DNA of 61,797 bases, from the sequence record DRR723986_5041; one strand, written 5' to 3'. The position numbers were made by a program, and so were the translations under genes. This document shows, piece by piece, positions 28,887 to 38,889 of this stretch. Each line of letters opens with the position of its first letter. Position 1 is the first letter of the stretch. The notes below the pieces were generated by a model. That model ran no database searches. It had not been told where the DNA came from and saw only the letters and a program-made list of their open reading frames with translations.

Positions 28887-31144
28887 CGGATATCCTCTGC
28901 CAGGTCAGCAAGAAACGGAGACCAGGTTCGCTCGAAACTGCGGCGATCGAGTTCGGAAACCAGTTTTTTCCAGGACCGCTCACCCGGGCGACCGTCCTCG
29001 GCGTGGATCATCTCCACCTGAGGCACCCATAGCGAACCGATGCCCGACAGTTTCAGCCGCAGGGCGGCATCGAGCCCTTTCTCGTCCGTGCCAAGATATT
29101 TCCTTGAAAAGCCCCCAGCTTCCGCCAGGGCCGATCTCGGCAGCACACAGCAATCGAACGGTGCCGCGGCAACAGGGCTGACATCCGCGCCATGAAGTGT
29201 CCGGCGCGGGTAACCGAGATAATGTTGCTTCAACAGATAGCGGCCGTCTTCCGGCTCGATCCAGGCACCACCCCATCTGATGGTTTCGTCTTCATAGAGC
29301 AGCGTGGGGGCTGCGATACAGGTAGCATCCTGTGCCTGAAACGCCGCAAGCAGCGGCTCCAGCCAGCCCGGACCGCGCGGCAACACGCCGGAAGACAGAC
29401 AAACAACCGTCTCCGCCGGTGAGGCCTCGACGCCCGCCTGAAGCGCATCGAGCGCGTCCTCGACGTGGTCCGCCAGCACCAGGCGGACGGCGAGACCGTA
29501 GAAACCGGCAAGTTGCCTGAAGTCTTCTACCTGCTCCAGCGCATCATCCTGCGAGGCAACCAGGACTACCGGCGCGCTCCGCAGCAGCGGATCAAGCGCA
29601 CACAGCGACAGCAGGACACGTGATTTCTCGAAATTTCCGTCGAGACCGATCACAAGGGCGAAAACGGCGTTTTCATCCACTGCCCCGAAGTCGATCGTCT
29701 CCACGACGGCTGGTTCGGGCGCATCATTGGCCTGCAAAACCGGCAGAAGATGGCGCTCCAGAAAATCAGGACGGAATGCCGTTGCCGGATCCAGCCCGGA
29801 AAGAAGTCGCCTTAGCGCGGAGCGCGGCGAAGCCCTGCCAAGCGCCAGCGGAGCAAAGGCGGACCTGCCATCTTTCAGCACGATCTCCAGATACGTACCC
29901 TCGGTGCCGGACATTTCCTCGGCAGGTACATGAACAAGGAACCCGTGCCGTTGCAGTGCATCCGGCCCGTTCAGAAAGGGTGACAATGTTTCGAAAGCGC
30001 TTGTCACGTCGGGTCGCAGCTGCGTCGTCCAGCGCGTATCGAGGCGACAACTCATGCAGCCCGAACGCAGGAAGACCGTCTCGACACGGTCTTCCGGATT
30101 AAGCAGCCAGCCCGACAACAGGACGCCGGCCCGATCCAGTGAAGCGCTGAAATCGATACCGACACGAACCGGGACGTCGAGCTCGCTAACCGTTTCCCGG
30201 CCATCGAACCGCCGGCCCGCCAGCTCCAGCCGGGCCCTGCCGTCACCCGCGGGGGAGAGCTTCGGCAGAAGGGCCCGTATGTGGGAGGGAAGAGCCCGGG
30301 CCGGCGGCATCGTCCTGTGTTCATGAACCTCGACCACGCTCCATCCGGCGCGGCCACGGAAGAAAACCTTGCGAAGTTGCGCGGTATCAAGACCGCCCTC
30401 GACCTCGAGCAAACCGGCAAAACCATGTGCCTTGCCACCGGTGTCCTTGCGCTCGAAAAGACTTCCGGCCAGCTGACCGAGTTTCAATGCGCCGTCGAAA
30501 ACAAACACCCGGCTGGTTCCCACCGGCATGCCCTTGGCCCACCCCTGTAGGTAGATATCTCCGGCGTCGAAGACACCCAGCACCTCGATGAAACCGTCGC
30601 GTCCCGCGACAGCATCGACAAGTCTGGCGGCCGTTTGCATTGCCTGAGGTGTGGTTCCCGCGCCAAGCAATGCCTGGACCAGGCCGTCAACGATGTCCGG
30701 CACCGATTGAGGTGACAGCTCACCGACACTGTTGAGGAAGCTCTTGAGATCTTCTGCCTGGTGCCTGACGCCATAGGGGTAGGCATGCCCCTGGCTGCGG
30801 ATCGTCACCCGGTCAGGCCGGGTGGCAGAACCTGGCACCGGAGACAGGATAGCGATGAACGGACGCTTTTTTCCCGAAAGCCCGTTTCCGGCAGGCAGCA
30901 CCGTCACCGTGCAGGGTACGACCATCTTCGGGTCTTCGTTGAGGATAGCCGGCACCCCGCCGGCAAAGGCTTCCCCTACCCCGGCGATCAACAGAGTTTC
31001 GCGGTCGAGGTTGACGTAAAGAACCGAATGACCGTCGAGTGGAACCTGCGCCCCTGCGCTCCCCTGCGCCTTCAGCGCGGGTGCCTGCCGCTCCGCTCTC
31101 GCGGGCAGCTTCTTCACGCCTTCCAGGGTGACGACAGGCTCCAT
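28883..31144 (-). CDS. EPS biosynthesis protein with a degenerate C-terminal GT2-like domain (ExpE6/WgeF-like)
   Basis: 753 aa; C-terminus parallels the GT2 domain of 34048..36258 (LLYEDETI, HYLGYPR) but lacks the DxD-type motif. Confidence 0.7.
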   Translation of the reverse strand: MEPVVTLEGVKKLPARAERQAPALKAQGSAGAQVPLDGHSVLYVNLDRETLLIAGVGEAFAGGVPAILNEDPKMVVPCTVTVLPAGNGLSGKKRPFIAILSPVPGSATRPDRVTIRSQGHAYPYGVRHQAEDLKSFLNSVGELSPQSVPDIVDGLVQALLGAGTTPQAMQTAARLVDAVAGRDGFIEVLGVFDAGDIYLQGWAKGMPVGTSRVFVFDGALKLGQLAGSLFERKDTGGKAHGFAGLLEVEGGLDTAQLRKVFFRGRAGWSVVEVHEHRTMPPARALPSHIRALLPKLSPAGDGRARLELAGRRFDGRETVSELDVPVRVGIDFSASLDRAGVLLSGWLLNPEDRVETVFLRSGCMSCRLDTRWTTQLRPDVTSAFETLSPFLNGPDALQRHGFLVHVPAEEMSGTEGTYLEIVLKDGRSAFAPLALGRASPRSALRRLLSGLDPATAFRPDFLERHLLPVLQANDAPEPAVVETIDFGAVDENAVFALVIGLDGNFEKSRVLLSLCALDPLLRSAPVVLVASQDDALEQVEDFRQLAGFYGLAVRLVLADHVEDALDALQAGVEASPAETVVCLSSGVLPRGPGWLEPLLAAFQAQDATCIAAPTLLYEDETIRWGGAWIEPEDGRYLLKQHYLGYPRRTLHGADVSPVAAAPFDCCVLPRSALAEAGGFSRKYLGTDEKGLDAALRLKLSGIGSLWVPQVEMIHAEDGRPGERSWKKLVSELDRRSFERTWSPFLADLAEDIR

Positions 31145-31150
31145 CGTTGC

Positions 31151-31945
31151 TTACCTCCAGAGACCGCCTGCGGCGGCAAACAGCATGCCCCCGACAAACC
31201 CGAGAAGGATCGCCAGCAGCAGGATATGAACCTTGAGGTTGTTGCGGCTCTTTTCTCCAAGGACCTTCAACCGGTCATCGAACCCCTTCAGCGTCGTATC
31301 GAAACGCAGCAGGAAAACTTCCAGTTCCTTGACCTTCTGAGAGAGGTCGCCCTGGCCGTTTTTCAGAAGGGACATGGCTTCGCCAAGTTCGCCCTCGTTC
31401 GATGCCAGCGCATCGATCCGCTGCACCGTCTCGCGCAAGACCGCCGTTGCATCACGCTGGCCAACAGCGCTTTGGCGCTGCGCCACGATCAGCCGGTCGA
31501 CTTTCTCCATCACCACTGCCAGAGGCATGGCGACGGCAGCTTCCGCGGCGCGTTCTTCTGCGCTCGGGCGCGGCAGCTTCAGTTGCGCTTCCCCCTTGGG
31601 GGTTTCCGCCACAACAGTCAGACCGCCAGGTGCTGCGGCAACGGCCTGGGGCAACTCGATGTCGAACGCATAATGGCCGTCGCCGATGCCGTTGCGCTTC
31701 AAGTCGATGCGCTGGGTTTCGGCAACCTTGCTGAGAATTCGCTCACCGTCGTGGAAGACGTGGATGGTCATGCGGTCGCTCGGGCTCGACGCATCCCAGG
31801 CCCAGCCAAGCAGCCGGCCGTTTTCGAATGCATCGACACGCCCCTGCAGCCGCGCGGAAACGGCTTGTTCCTTGGCCTCCGCAACAGCTTGCGGCGGCTT
31901 GGCGTCCGATCCGGGTTTTACCTGTTCAAGAGGGGTTACACTCAT
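31151..31945 (-). CDS. membrane-anchored protein (ExpE5/WgeE-like)
   Basis: GAGG RBS before ATG 31945; LLGWAWD..RIDL...GIGDGHYAF, coiled coil, C-terminal TM helix. Confidence 0.75.
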   Translation of the reverse strand: MSVTPLEQVKPGSDAKPPQAVAEAKEQAVSARLQGRVDAFENGRLLGWAWDASSPSDRMTIHVFHDGERILSKVAETQRIDLKRNGIGDGHYAFDIELPQAVAAAPGGLTVVAETPKGEAQLKLPRPSAEERAAEAAVAMPLAVVMEKVDRLIVAQRQSAVGQRDATAVLRETVQRIDALASNEGELGEAMSLLKNGQGDLSQKVKELEVFLLRFDTTLKGFDDRLKVLGEKSRNNLKVHILLLAILLGFVGGMLFAAAGGLWR

Positions 31946-31955
31946 TCCGTTTTCC

Positions 31956-33212
31956 TCAGGCAGCAGGTTCACGCGCCGCGGTTTGCCGGTCGGCAAACAG
32001 GCGCAGATATTGTTCGGCAACAGCGCTGACGGACGGCGGCTTGCGGATGTTGGCTGCAAGTTTCCGGTACTGCGCGGCATCTCCGGCAGCTGTCGCCATC
32101 GCGATTGCCAGGCCGACCGGATCGTTCTTGCGCACATGCAGGCCATCGACGCCGTCCCTGACGGCCTCGGCCATGCCGCCGACACCGCTGGTGATCACCG
32201 GCCGTCCGTGCTGCTGTGCTTCTGCAATGACCAGCGGCGCGTTTTCCCACCACAGAGAAGGCACGACGACCCAGTCGACGGGTTCCATGAGACCGGCGAC
32301 ATCATCAGGTTTGTAAGCCCTCAGGCGCTGCACTCTGGGTGCGGTTTCCTCGAACAGCTTTTCGATGCGTTTGACGAATTCCTGGTTCTGGAAGGGAGCA
32401 CCGCCATGGATCCGCAGCTCGAATTCCATGTCCTTTTCCACCAACAGCTTTGCCGCCTGCAGCAGAACCTCGACACCCTTCCAGGGGGTCAGGTTTCCGA
32501 AATAGCCGAACACGGTTTTGGGCGTGTCGTCAGCCGACCGGCTCTTGGCCGGTACCGCGTCCGGCCTGCCATTTCGAATGATCCTGATTTTCTCCGGCCG
32601 CAGGCCCCAGCGCACATAGACGTCACGCAGAAACGCGCTTGGAGATACGAACTCGTCGACGGCTTCCAGATGCGTCTTGATGAACCGCTCGCGCAGACGC
32701 ATGTCGTTCGGCTTTGCTTCGGGCAGGCACTTGCACAGTCCTCCCGACCCAAGCGCGGCACAGGCTTCGTCCGGGCTTTTCATCAGGACGCCGTCGTTGG
32801 CGCAGATCGCGTAATAGTCGTGCAGCGTCATAACGATGCGCACGTCGGGCAGCACCCGGCGGATAAGAACCGGCAGTTCGACACCGAACAGCAGCAGATG
32901 GTGGATATGGACCACATCCGGCCGGAAGCTTTCCAGCAGTGTCCGCATGTCCGGTACAAAGGCTTTCAGATCGATCTGGCTCATGTTGAACCGGTCGAAA
33001 TGACCAGCCCACATCAGCAACTCGTCACCGCTGTCGCTGATCGCCTGAAAGCTGGTACCCGGATGCGGCTCGCGGTGCAGGTGGTTGGTCGCACCCACAA
33101 ACAGCGACTGGTGCCCGGCCTTGCGATAGGCCCTTGCCAGGTCAAGCGCGACCGTCTCCGTCCCGCCGGGGTGAAGATCCGGATGATTATGCGCGAAGAC
33201 AAGGATCCGCAT
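31956..33212 (-). CDS. GT4 glycosyltransferase (ExpE4/WgeD-like)
   Basis: GGTE, PDVVHIHH, FGNLTPWKG, PSLWWENAPLVIAEA. Confidence 0.88.
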   Translation of the reverse strand: MRILVFAHNHPDLHPGGTETVALDLARAYRKAGHQSLFVGATNHLHREPHPGTSFQAISDSGDELLMWAGHFDRFNMSQIDLKAFVPDMRTLLESFRPDVVHIHHLLLFGVELPVLIRRVLPDVRIVMTLHDYYAICANDGVLMKSPDEACAALGSGGLCKCLPEAKPNDMRLRERFIKTHLEAVDEFVSPSAFLRDVYVRWGLRPEKIRIIRNGRPDAVPAKSRSADDTPKTVFGYFGNLTPWKGVEVLLQAAKLLVEKDMEFELRIHGGAPFQNQEFVKRIEKLFEETAPRVQRLRAYKPDDVAGLMEPVDWVVVPSLWWENAPLVIAEAQQHGRPVITSGVGGMAEAVRDGVDGLHVRKNDPVGLAIAMATAAGDAAQYRKLAANIRKPPSVSAVAEQYLRLFADRQTAAREPAA

Positions 33213-34051
33213 CAGGACACCCCCCGCGACGTTTTCACGGCAACGAAAAAGTCCTGGTAATGCGGAGCCCCGTTGCCGCCGCGCCAGTGCCCGAACCGCT
33301 TCAGGGCGATTTCGAATCCTGCCGTCTCCAACGCCCTGTCGAGGAAACCATCATCGAAGGCAACCGCTGCGAGCGGCGCTTGCGGGTTGCCGTACCAGGC
33401 AGGCCCTTCGCCGTCGCGTCGGAACACGACACGCGGGATCAAGCCTTCCCCGCGGTCCGGCGCAATCACGAAAGCCGACAGAAACAACCTGCCTCCCAGC
33501 TCCATGAGGCGCGAGATTTCGCGAAAATAGGGCAGGATCTCTTCCGACGGCAGATGGGTGACCACCGATGTCATGATGGCGAAATCGAACGAACCGTTGG
33601 CGAACGGCAGGGCAATCTCCGTGCCGCGGATATAGCCGTCGGGATTGTAGAGAGCGTTGGCGATATCGAGATGCATGAACCGGAAATTGGGATAGACCGA
33701 CCCGATGTTGCGCGTGCACCATTTAATGCCCGCCGATGCCGGATCGATACCCACATACCGGGCGGTGTCCGGATCCAGATACTGGGTCAGGGGCACTGCC
33801 ATCCGGCCAATGCCGCAACCGACATCAAGCACCCGCTCATGCGCGCGCAAGCCCCCAAGGTCGATAAAGTGACCCAGAAACTCCGTGCCGATGGCAAGAT
33901 AGTCACCATCTCCGACGAAGTTATCCTCGCTCGGGGGAACCGGCAGGAACCTGTTACGGCCGATGTAACCTTGCAGGTCTGCAACCCGCTCACTGCCGAG
34001 TGGGGATGTGACCAGACTGGTGGCATCCTTGATGAGAACCGGCGAATTCAT
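33212..34051 (-). CDS. class I SAM-dependent methyltransferase (ExpE3/WgeC-like)
   Basis: VLDVGCGIGR, YVGID, SFDF..MTSVVTH. Confidence 0.88.
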   Translation of the reverse strand: MNSPVLIKDATSLVTSPLGSERVADLQGYIGRNRFLPVPPSEDNFVGDGDYLAIGTEFLGHFIDLGGLRAHERVLDVGCGIGRMAVPLTQYLDPDTARYVGIDPASAGIKWCTRNIGSVYPNFRFMHLDIANALYNPDGYIRGTEIALPFANGSFDFAIMTSVVTHLPSEEILPYFREISRLMELGGRLFLSAFVIAPDRGEGLIPRVVFRRDGEGPAWYGNPQAPLAAVAFDDGFLDRALETAGFEIALKRFGHWRGGNGAPHYQDFFVAVKTSRGVS

Positions 34052-36258
34052 GCACTCAGCCCTTTTTCACGCCGCTCCGCAGCTTCCATCAGGGCAACGA
34101 TGTCGTCCTGCCAGCGGGACTGGTGGAGCCAGCGATTGTATTGAGAGGCGACACCGCGCGTGTAATCTTCGTTCTTGCGAATGGAAACACGCTCGAAGTG
34201 GTAGAGTTCGACGTCGCCCAGATAGTAGATCTTGCGATTCAACTTGCGGAGTTTCAGGCACAGGTCGCTGTCTTCGTAGTCACCGACGATGAAGTCCGTC
34301 GTGAACCCTCCCACCGTCTCGAAATCGGCTTTCGACAGAACGAGGCAAGCACCGGTTACCCCCGGCACCTCGCGGGAGGTGCTGGCTTCCGGAAACTGAC
34401 GCGGGAAGCCCTTGTAGTAGTGATGGTTGAACCAGCGGCCCTTGTCGTCCTGGATAAACTTCAACCCGGCATGCTGAATGGCGTTGTCTGCATAGAGCAG
34501 CTTGCCGCCTACAGCCGCTACCTGCTCGTCCATCATCAGGCTGGCACAGAGCTGTTCGAGCCAGCCGGCCTCGACCGGCACGACATCGGAATTGATCATC
34601 GCCAGATAGCGACCGCGCGCCGCTTCCGCACCTGCATTGCAGGCAAGCGCATAGCCGCCGTTGCGTTCCATCACGACGAGCCGAACGGGAAGGCCATAAA
34701 GAAGATGGAACCCGGCGAGCAGGTCCTCCACATGGGTTACCTGCTCGGGGGAGTCGAGCACGAAAATCACCTCGGCGTTCTCCGCCAGCCAGCTGTCGGC
34801 GGAAAACGCTGCGAGCTGCGCCTTGATGAACTCGAACACCTTGTAAAGCGGGATCACGATCGACACGGTCGGATCGGCAAGCGGTTTGCCGAACAGAACT
34901 TCGGACGGTTCACCGACTGATTGCCGGAAACGCGACTGGATATCGGACAAGACACTCGACAGGCAGATCGCCAGAACCTCGTCGCTCGCATGGCGCGGTG
35001 TCACGACGGAAAGCGCCTTCGCCCTCGTGTCGGGGATGTCACCTGGCTGCGGTGGCGGCACCAGCAGTTCCCGCTCACCCGATGCCAAACGGACTTCGAA
35101 CCGGGGCTGCAAATTGTGTTGAAGCGCCCTGCCGACCGGCGCAAACGCGACAAAGCGCTTTATCGCGTAACCGCCCTGGGTTTCCGGCAGAACGCCGTCG
35201 AACGTGTGTAGTTCAAGCGCAACCGGACCGGCGTCACCGGCAAGAATATCGAGCCCCTGATAGACACGTCCGGGATCACGCAGCCAGCCACCGACCAGGA
35301 CACCGGCTTCGCAGGCGACAGCGGTTTCCACTGCACAGAAGGAGCCGGTTTCTGACAGCGAGCCATGCCGGCGCGCCGGCAAGGGATCGCTCACCTGCAG
35401 GTCCCGTATGGCTGCACGCGCCTCATCGGATTTGGCGCCGACGTCCGATACCAGGTAGTCCCGCACTTCCGGCAGCTTGCGCGAATTGGTAGCCCACCAT
35501 GCACCGACAGTGCGCTTCACGTTGTCGGTAGCCAGTTTCCGGATCGCCAGACCCCAGCTTCCGGACAGCACCAGAAAGCCGTTGGCAGGCGGCTGCGGCA
35601 TGTCGACGGCACCGAGGAACAATCTGCTCTTGCCGCCATTGTACGGCGTGTTGCACGTTCCGCTATCCAATCGCAGAACACCCGTATCACCGATCACGAC
35701 CGCTGTTTTGATGTCGGTGCTGTCGCTGTTGATGAGAGTTTCCAGCAACCGGACGGAACCGATGCTCGCGACAGCATCCACAACCGGCGGCGCATCGTTG
35801 ACGGAGCGCAGCAGCTCTCTTGCAAAATTGACGAAACTGCGGGAACGCCCCAGCCGGAACATGCCGGACCAGGCGCTCAGGAAAGTCGTGACGAAAACGG
35901 CGCAGGCGGCCTGACTGAGCCCGTTGGTAATGGCAAAGGCATCGGCGGCAGGACCAGGCTTTGCGGCGTCGACAGAAAGCGTCGCCTCGGACCCGACCGC
36001 GCCGGCGCTCAACTTCAGACTGAGCCTGGTTTTTTCCTTCAGCGAAACAGCCCATACGACTCGCGACCGGCCATCAAGCCGGTTCAGCCGGACACTCGCA
36101 ATGGAGCCGAAGGACTGACCGCCCTGCTCCACAAGCCGGGGCGCAGCATTTACCTGATGCGCCGGATCCCAGACAAGAAGAAGAACCTCCGGCGTAAGTT
36201 GGAAGTAATGCGGGGACTCAAAGTCCGCCTCGGCGTATTTGCCCAGGGTCTCGAGCAT
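34048..36258 (-). CDS. GT2 glycosyltransferase (ExpE2/WgeB-like)
   Basis: C-terminal VSIVIPLYK, NSDVVP, GDYEDSDLCL. Confidence 0.85.
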   Translation of the reverse strand: MLETLGKYAEADFESPHYFQLTPEVLLLVWDPAHQVNAAPRLVEQGGQSFGSIASVRLNRLDGRSRVVWAVSLKEKTRLSLKLSAGAVGSEATLSVDAAKPGPAADAFAITNGLSQAACAVFVTTFLSAWSGMFRLGRSRSFVNFARELLRSVNDAPPVVDAVASIGSVRLLETLINSDSTDIKTAVVIGDTGVLRLDSGTCNTPYNGGKSRLFLGAVDMPQPPANGFLVLSGSWGLAIRKLATDNVKRTVGAWWATNSRKLPEVRDYLVSDVGAKSDEARAAIRDLQVSDPLPARRHGSLSETGSFCAVETAVACEAGVLVGGWLRDPGRVYQGLDILAGDAGPVALELHTFDGVLPETQGGYAIKRFVAFAPVGRALQHNLQPRFEVRLASGERELLVPPPQPGDIPDTRAKALSVVTPRHASDEVLAICLSSVLSDIQSRFRQSVGEPSEVLFGKPLADPTVSIVIPLYKVFEFIKAQLAAFSADSWLAENAEVIFVLDSPEQVTHVEDLLAGFHLLYGLPVRLVVMERNGGYALACNAGAEAARGRYLAMINSDVVPVEAGWLEQLCASLMMDEQVAAVGGKLLYADNAIQHAGLKFIQDDKGRWFNHHYYKGFPRQFPEASTSREVPGVTGACLVLSKADFETVGGFTTDFIVGDYEDSDLCLKLRKLNRKIYYLGDVELYHFERVSIRKNEDYTRGVASQYNRWLHQSRWQDDIVALMEAAERREKGLSA

Positions 36259-36316
36259 CTTTGTCCATCACTGTTCTAAGGCCTGAGTTGCGGACGGCCA
36301 CAGGCCAAAGGCCGGT

Positions 36317-36348
36317 ACCCGGGCACACGGACGACCGCGTGCCCGGGT
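36317..36348 (-). terminator. GC-rich stem-loop between the RTX gene and the downstream GT
   Basis: ACCCGGGCAC ... GTGCCCGGGT inverted repeat. Confidence 0.55.
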
Positions 36349-36357
36349 GCGGGATCA

Positions 36358-36960
36358 TCAGGAAACGACGATGTAGCCGTCAGGATTGTCCTGAAGATCG
36401 TCGGCATCGACGTTGTTGAGCGTGACGGTATCGCCGTTGCCGAGATCGATAACCGTGTTGTTGCCGACCTGGGTCGCCCGTGCGGCGACATCGGCAGCAG
36501 AGGAAACGCCGGTATCGTTGATGTTGCTCGAGATCTGCACCAGATCGCCGACCTGGAAATCCATGACGATGTCGTTGCCGCCACCGCCGGAGAACACGAA
36601 GACATCGTGGTCGCCACCACCGAACATCAGATCGTTGCCGGCACCGCCGTCAATGATGTCGGTTCCTTCGCCACCGAAAATGATGTCGCCGCCGGCACCG
36701 CCTTCGATGTAGTCGGAGCCCGCTCCGCCAAAGATGGTATCGCTGCCTTCACCACCAAGAATGACGTCTTCGCCACCTTGCCCGAAAATCTTGTCGGCAC
36801 CCTCTCCGCCGACGATCAGATCTCCACCTCGGCCGCCGAAGAGGAAGTCGTCCCCTTCATTGCCGAGCAGAACATCCGATGAGCCCAATCCGAATATGAA
36901 ATCCTGAGCATTGGTACCTTGCAGGAAATCCTGAAAAGCACTGCCTTCAATCGTGGCCAT
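36358..36960 (-). CDS. RTX-type Ca2+-binding secreted protein (ExpE1/WgeA-like)
   Basis: AGGAG RBS before ATG 36960; about 11 tandem GGxGxD-like nonapeptides; acidic C-terminus typical of T1SS substrates. Confidence 0.9.
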   Translation of the reverse strand: MATIEGSAFQDFLQGTNAQDFIFGLGSSDVLLGNEGDDFLFGGRGGDLIVGGEGADKIFGQGGEDVILGGEGSDTIFGGAGSDYIEGGAGGDIIFGGEGTDIIDGGAGNDLMFGGGDHDVFVFSGGGGNDIVMDFQVGDLVQISSNINDTGVSSAADVAARATQVGNNTVIDLGNGDTVTLNNVDADDLQDNPDGYIVVS

Positions 36961-37494
36961 GTAGCTAACTCCTGAAGTTCGCCTCGTTACATTTGACGCC
37001 CCGCGAACCGCGGCACACCGCACTGCACAAACCCCGTATTTTTGCAGCGCGAGAAGTACAATACACAATTACTAATCTCTTCAAAGGGACGAATAGTGAA
37101 AAAAATAAGGCAATATTTTGAAGGAGATAAACTAATTCTACTTTTCATTTAATAGTAGTTCGAAAATACAATTCCTTTACGTTTATTTTATTTCGAAATT
37201 CAATATAAAATCAATGAAACCACATGATCCCCCATAGATTGAAATCCAATTTCTGCGTTTTTTCAGATGCTTGAAACCGCCCACACTTCATGCAGAAACA
37301 GCACTCAACCGCCTCGCCGGGAAATTGAACGACATGGTAGTTTTGCAACGCACTAATCGCGTTAAAGGTGCAATTTTCGCACTGCACCAGGAAAATGCCC
37401 CCACGCTCGGAATGGACCGGGGCTTCGAAAAAGCAACGGGCGGTCAATGCCGCCCGTCGTTAAAAAAATTTGTTGGAGCACAAAAAAATGCGCG

Positions 37495-38889
37495 TCAGTC
37501 TTCCCGGAAAGCTCGATCAAGGCTTTGCGTGATCGGCTCGAGCAGGTAGTCCATTGCCTTGCGAGCACGCCGGATAATCAGGACTTCCGCCGGCATTCCC
37601 GGGTAAAGCGTCAAAGCGGGCTTGCCGTCCAGCTCTTCGGAAAGAACCTGTGCGCGCACGACATAAAAGGCCGCCTGCGTCTGGGGATCGACGGTCTGGT
37701 CGGCAGCGACATAGGTCACCTCCCCTCCCAGCGGGCTGGTGTTCTGCCGGTCATAGGCAGTCAGTCGGATACGCGCCTCCGAGCCGACACGAACGGTATC
37801 GATGTCGTTCAGATTCATCCGAACCTCGACAAGCATCTTCTCGTCTCGCGGAACGATATCCATGATCGCCTTGCCAGGCTCGACCACCCCTCCCGGTGTC
37901 CGCATCTCGATGCTGGAGACAATACCGGCCTGAGGGGAATGCACCACCAGCCGGTCGAGGACATCCTGCGACGAGATGATCTGTTCGTTGGTGAGGTTCA
38001 GTTCAAGCTGAGCCTCGAGGATCTTTCCGGCAATGTCGCTTTGCCATTCCTGTTCGGCCTGCAACAGGGCAACTTCCGCACCCTGGCGCGCCTTTTCCGC
38101 ACGCGCCTTCTGGGCCTCCAGCTCACCGCCGTCGCCAATCATCTCGCTCAGTTCCAGCTGAACTTCGCTAAGCATGGCTTTTGACGTGAACCCTTTCTTC
38201 TCCAGACCACTGAGGGCGTCGACACGCTCCTCAAGCAGCTTTCGCCGGTGCCCGGTGGCTTCGATCTGGGCCTGATTGGCCTCGATCTGCGCCACATACT
38301 GCTCCATCTCCTTCTGCTGAAAGGCGATCTTGCCCTCGTAGACCTGACGGCGTTTTTCGAACACACCCTGTTCGGCCGCCACCACTTCGGCGATCAGGGG
38401 CTCGCTGCTGTTCTTGAGCTCTTCCGGAAATACGATTTCTTTCGACAGATCCCGCTCGGCCCTGAGACGGGCCAGTCTCGCCAGCAAACTGGTCCGTTTG
38501 CCATGGAGCTGCGCCAGCTCGGCACGTGCGCGCGTGTCGTCCAACTCCACCAACGGCTGGCCGGCATCCACGAAATCCCCTTCCTGCACGAGCAACCGGC
38601 GCAGGATTCCACCTTCCAGATGACTGATGGTCTTGCGCTTGCTGTCGACAATTACCTTGCCGGTGGCAACCGCCGCACTATCGAGATCGGCGGTAAATCC
38701 CCAAAGCAGAAATCCACCAAAGCCGATCGATACGGCCAGAGCTGCCGCCAGAAGTGGTTTGCGCAAGCTTGGCGGGCGCGCATCGTCCGCCTTGAGGGCG
38801 GCCATCCAATAAGCCTGGCCTGTTCCGGTCGCCGCCTCGGACGAGGGTGTGGCGACCGGTGGCCTTGCCTGCTCGGAACGCTCGCTCAT
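37495..38889 (-). CDS. HlyD-family T1SS membrane-fusion protein (ExpD2/WgdB-like)
   Basis: N-terminal TM, ISHLEGG..VQEGDFV..GQPL, long coiled coil, LYPGMPAEV. Confidence 0.92.
   Translation of the reverse strand: MSERSEQARPPVATPSSEAATGTGQAYWMAALKADDARPPSLRKPLLAAALAVSIGFGGFLLWGFTADLDSAAVATGKVIVDSKRKTISHLEGGILRRLLVQEGDFVDAGQPLVELDDTRARAELAQLHGKRTSLLARLARLRAERDLSKEIVFPEELKNSSEPLIAEVVAAEQGVFEKRRQVYEGKIAFQQKEMEQYVAQIEANQAQIEATGHRRKLLEERVDALSGLEKKGFTSKAMLSEVQLELSEMIGDGGELEAQKARAEKARQGAEVALLQAEQEWQSDIAGKILEAQLELNLTNEQIISSQDVLDRLVVHSPQAGIVSSIEMRTPGGVVEPGKAIMDIVPRDEKMLVEVRMNLNDIDTVRVGSEARIRLTAYDRQNTSPLGGEVTYVAADQTVDPQTQAAFYVVRAQVLSEELDGKPALTLYPGMPAEVLIIRRARKAMDYLLEPITQSLDRAFRED

Noticed and set aside
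36560-36900. 27-bp periodic repeats that could suggest a CRISPR array or VNTR
   Set aside because: They are the coding GGxGxD nonapeptide repeats of the RTX protein; there is no repeat-spacer structure and no cas genes.
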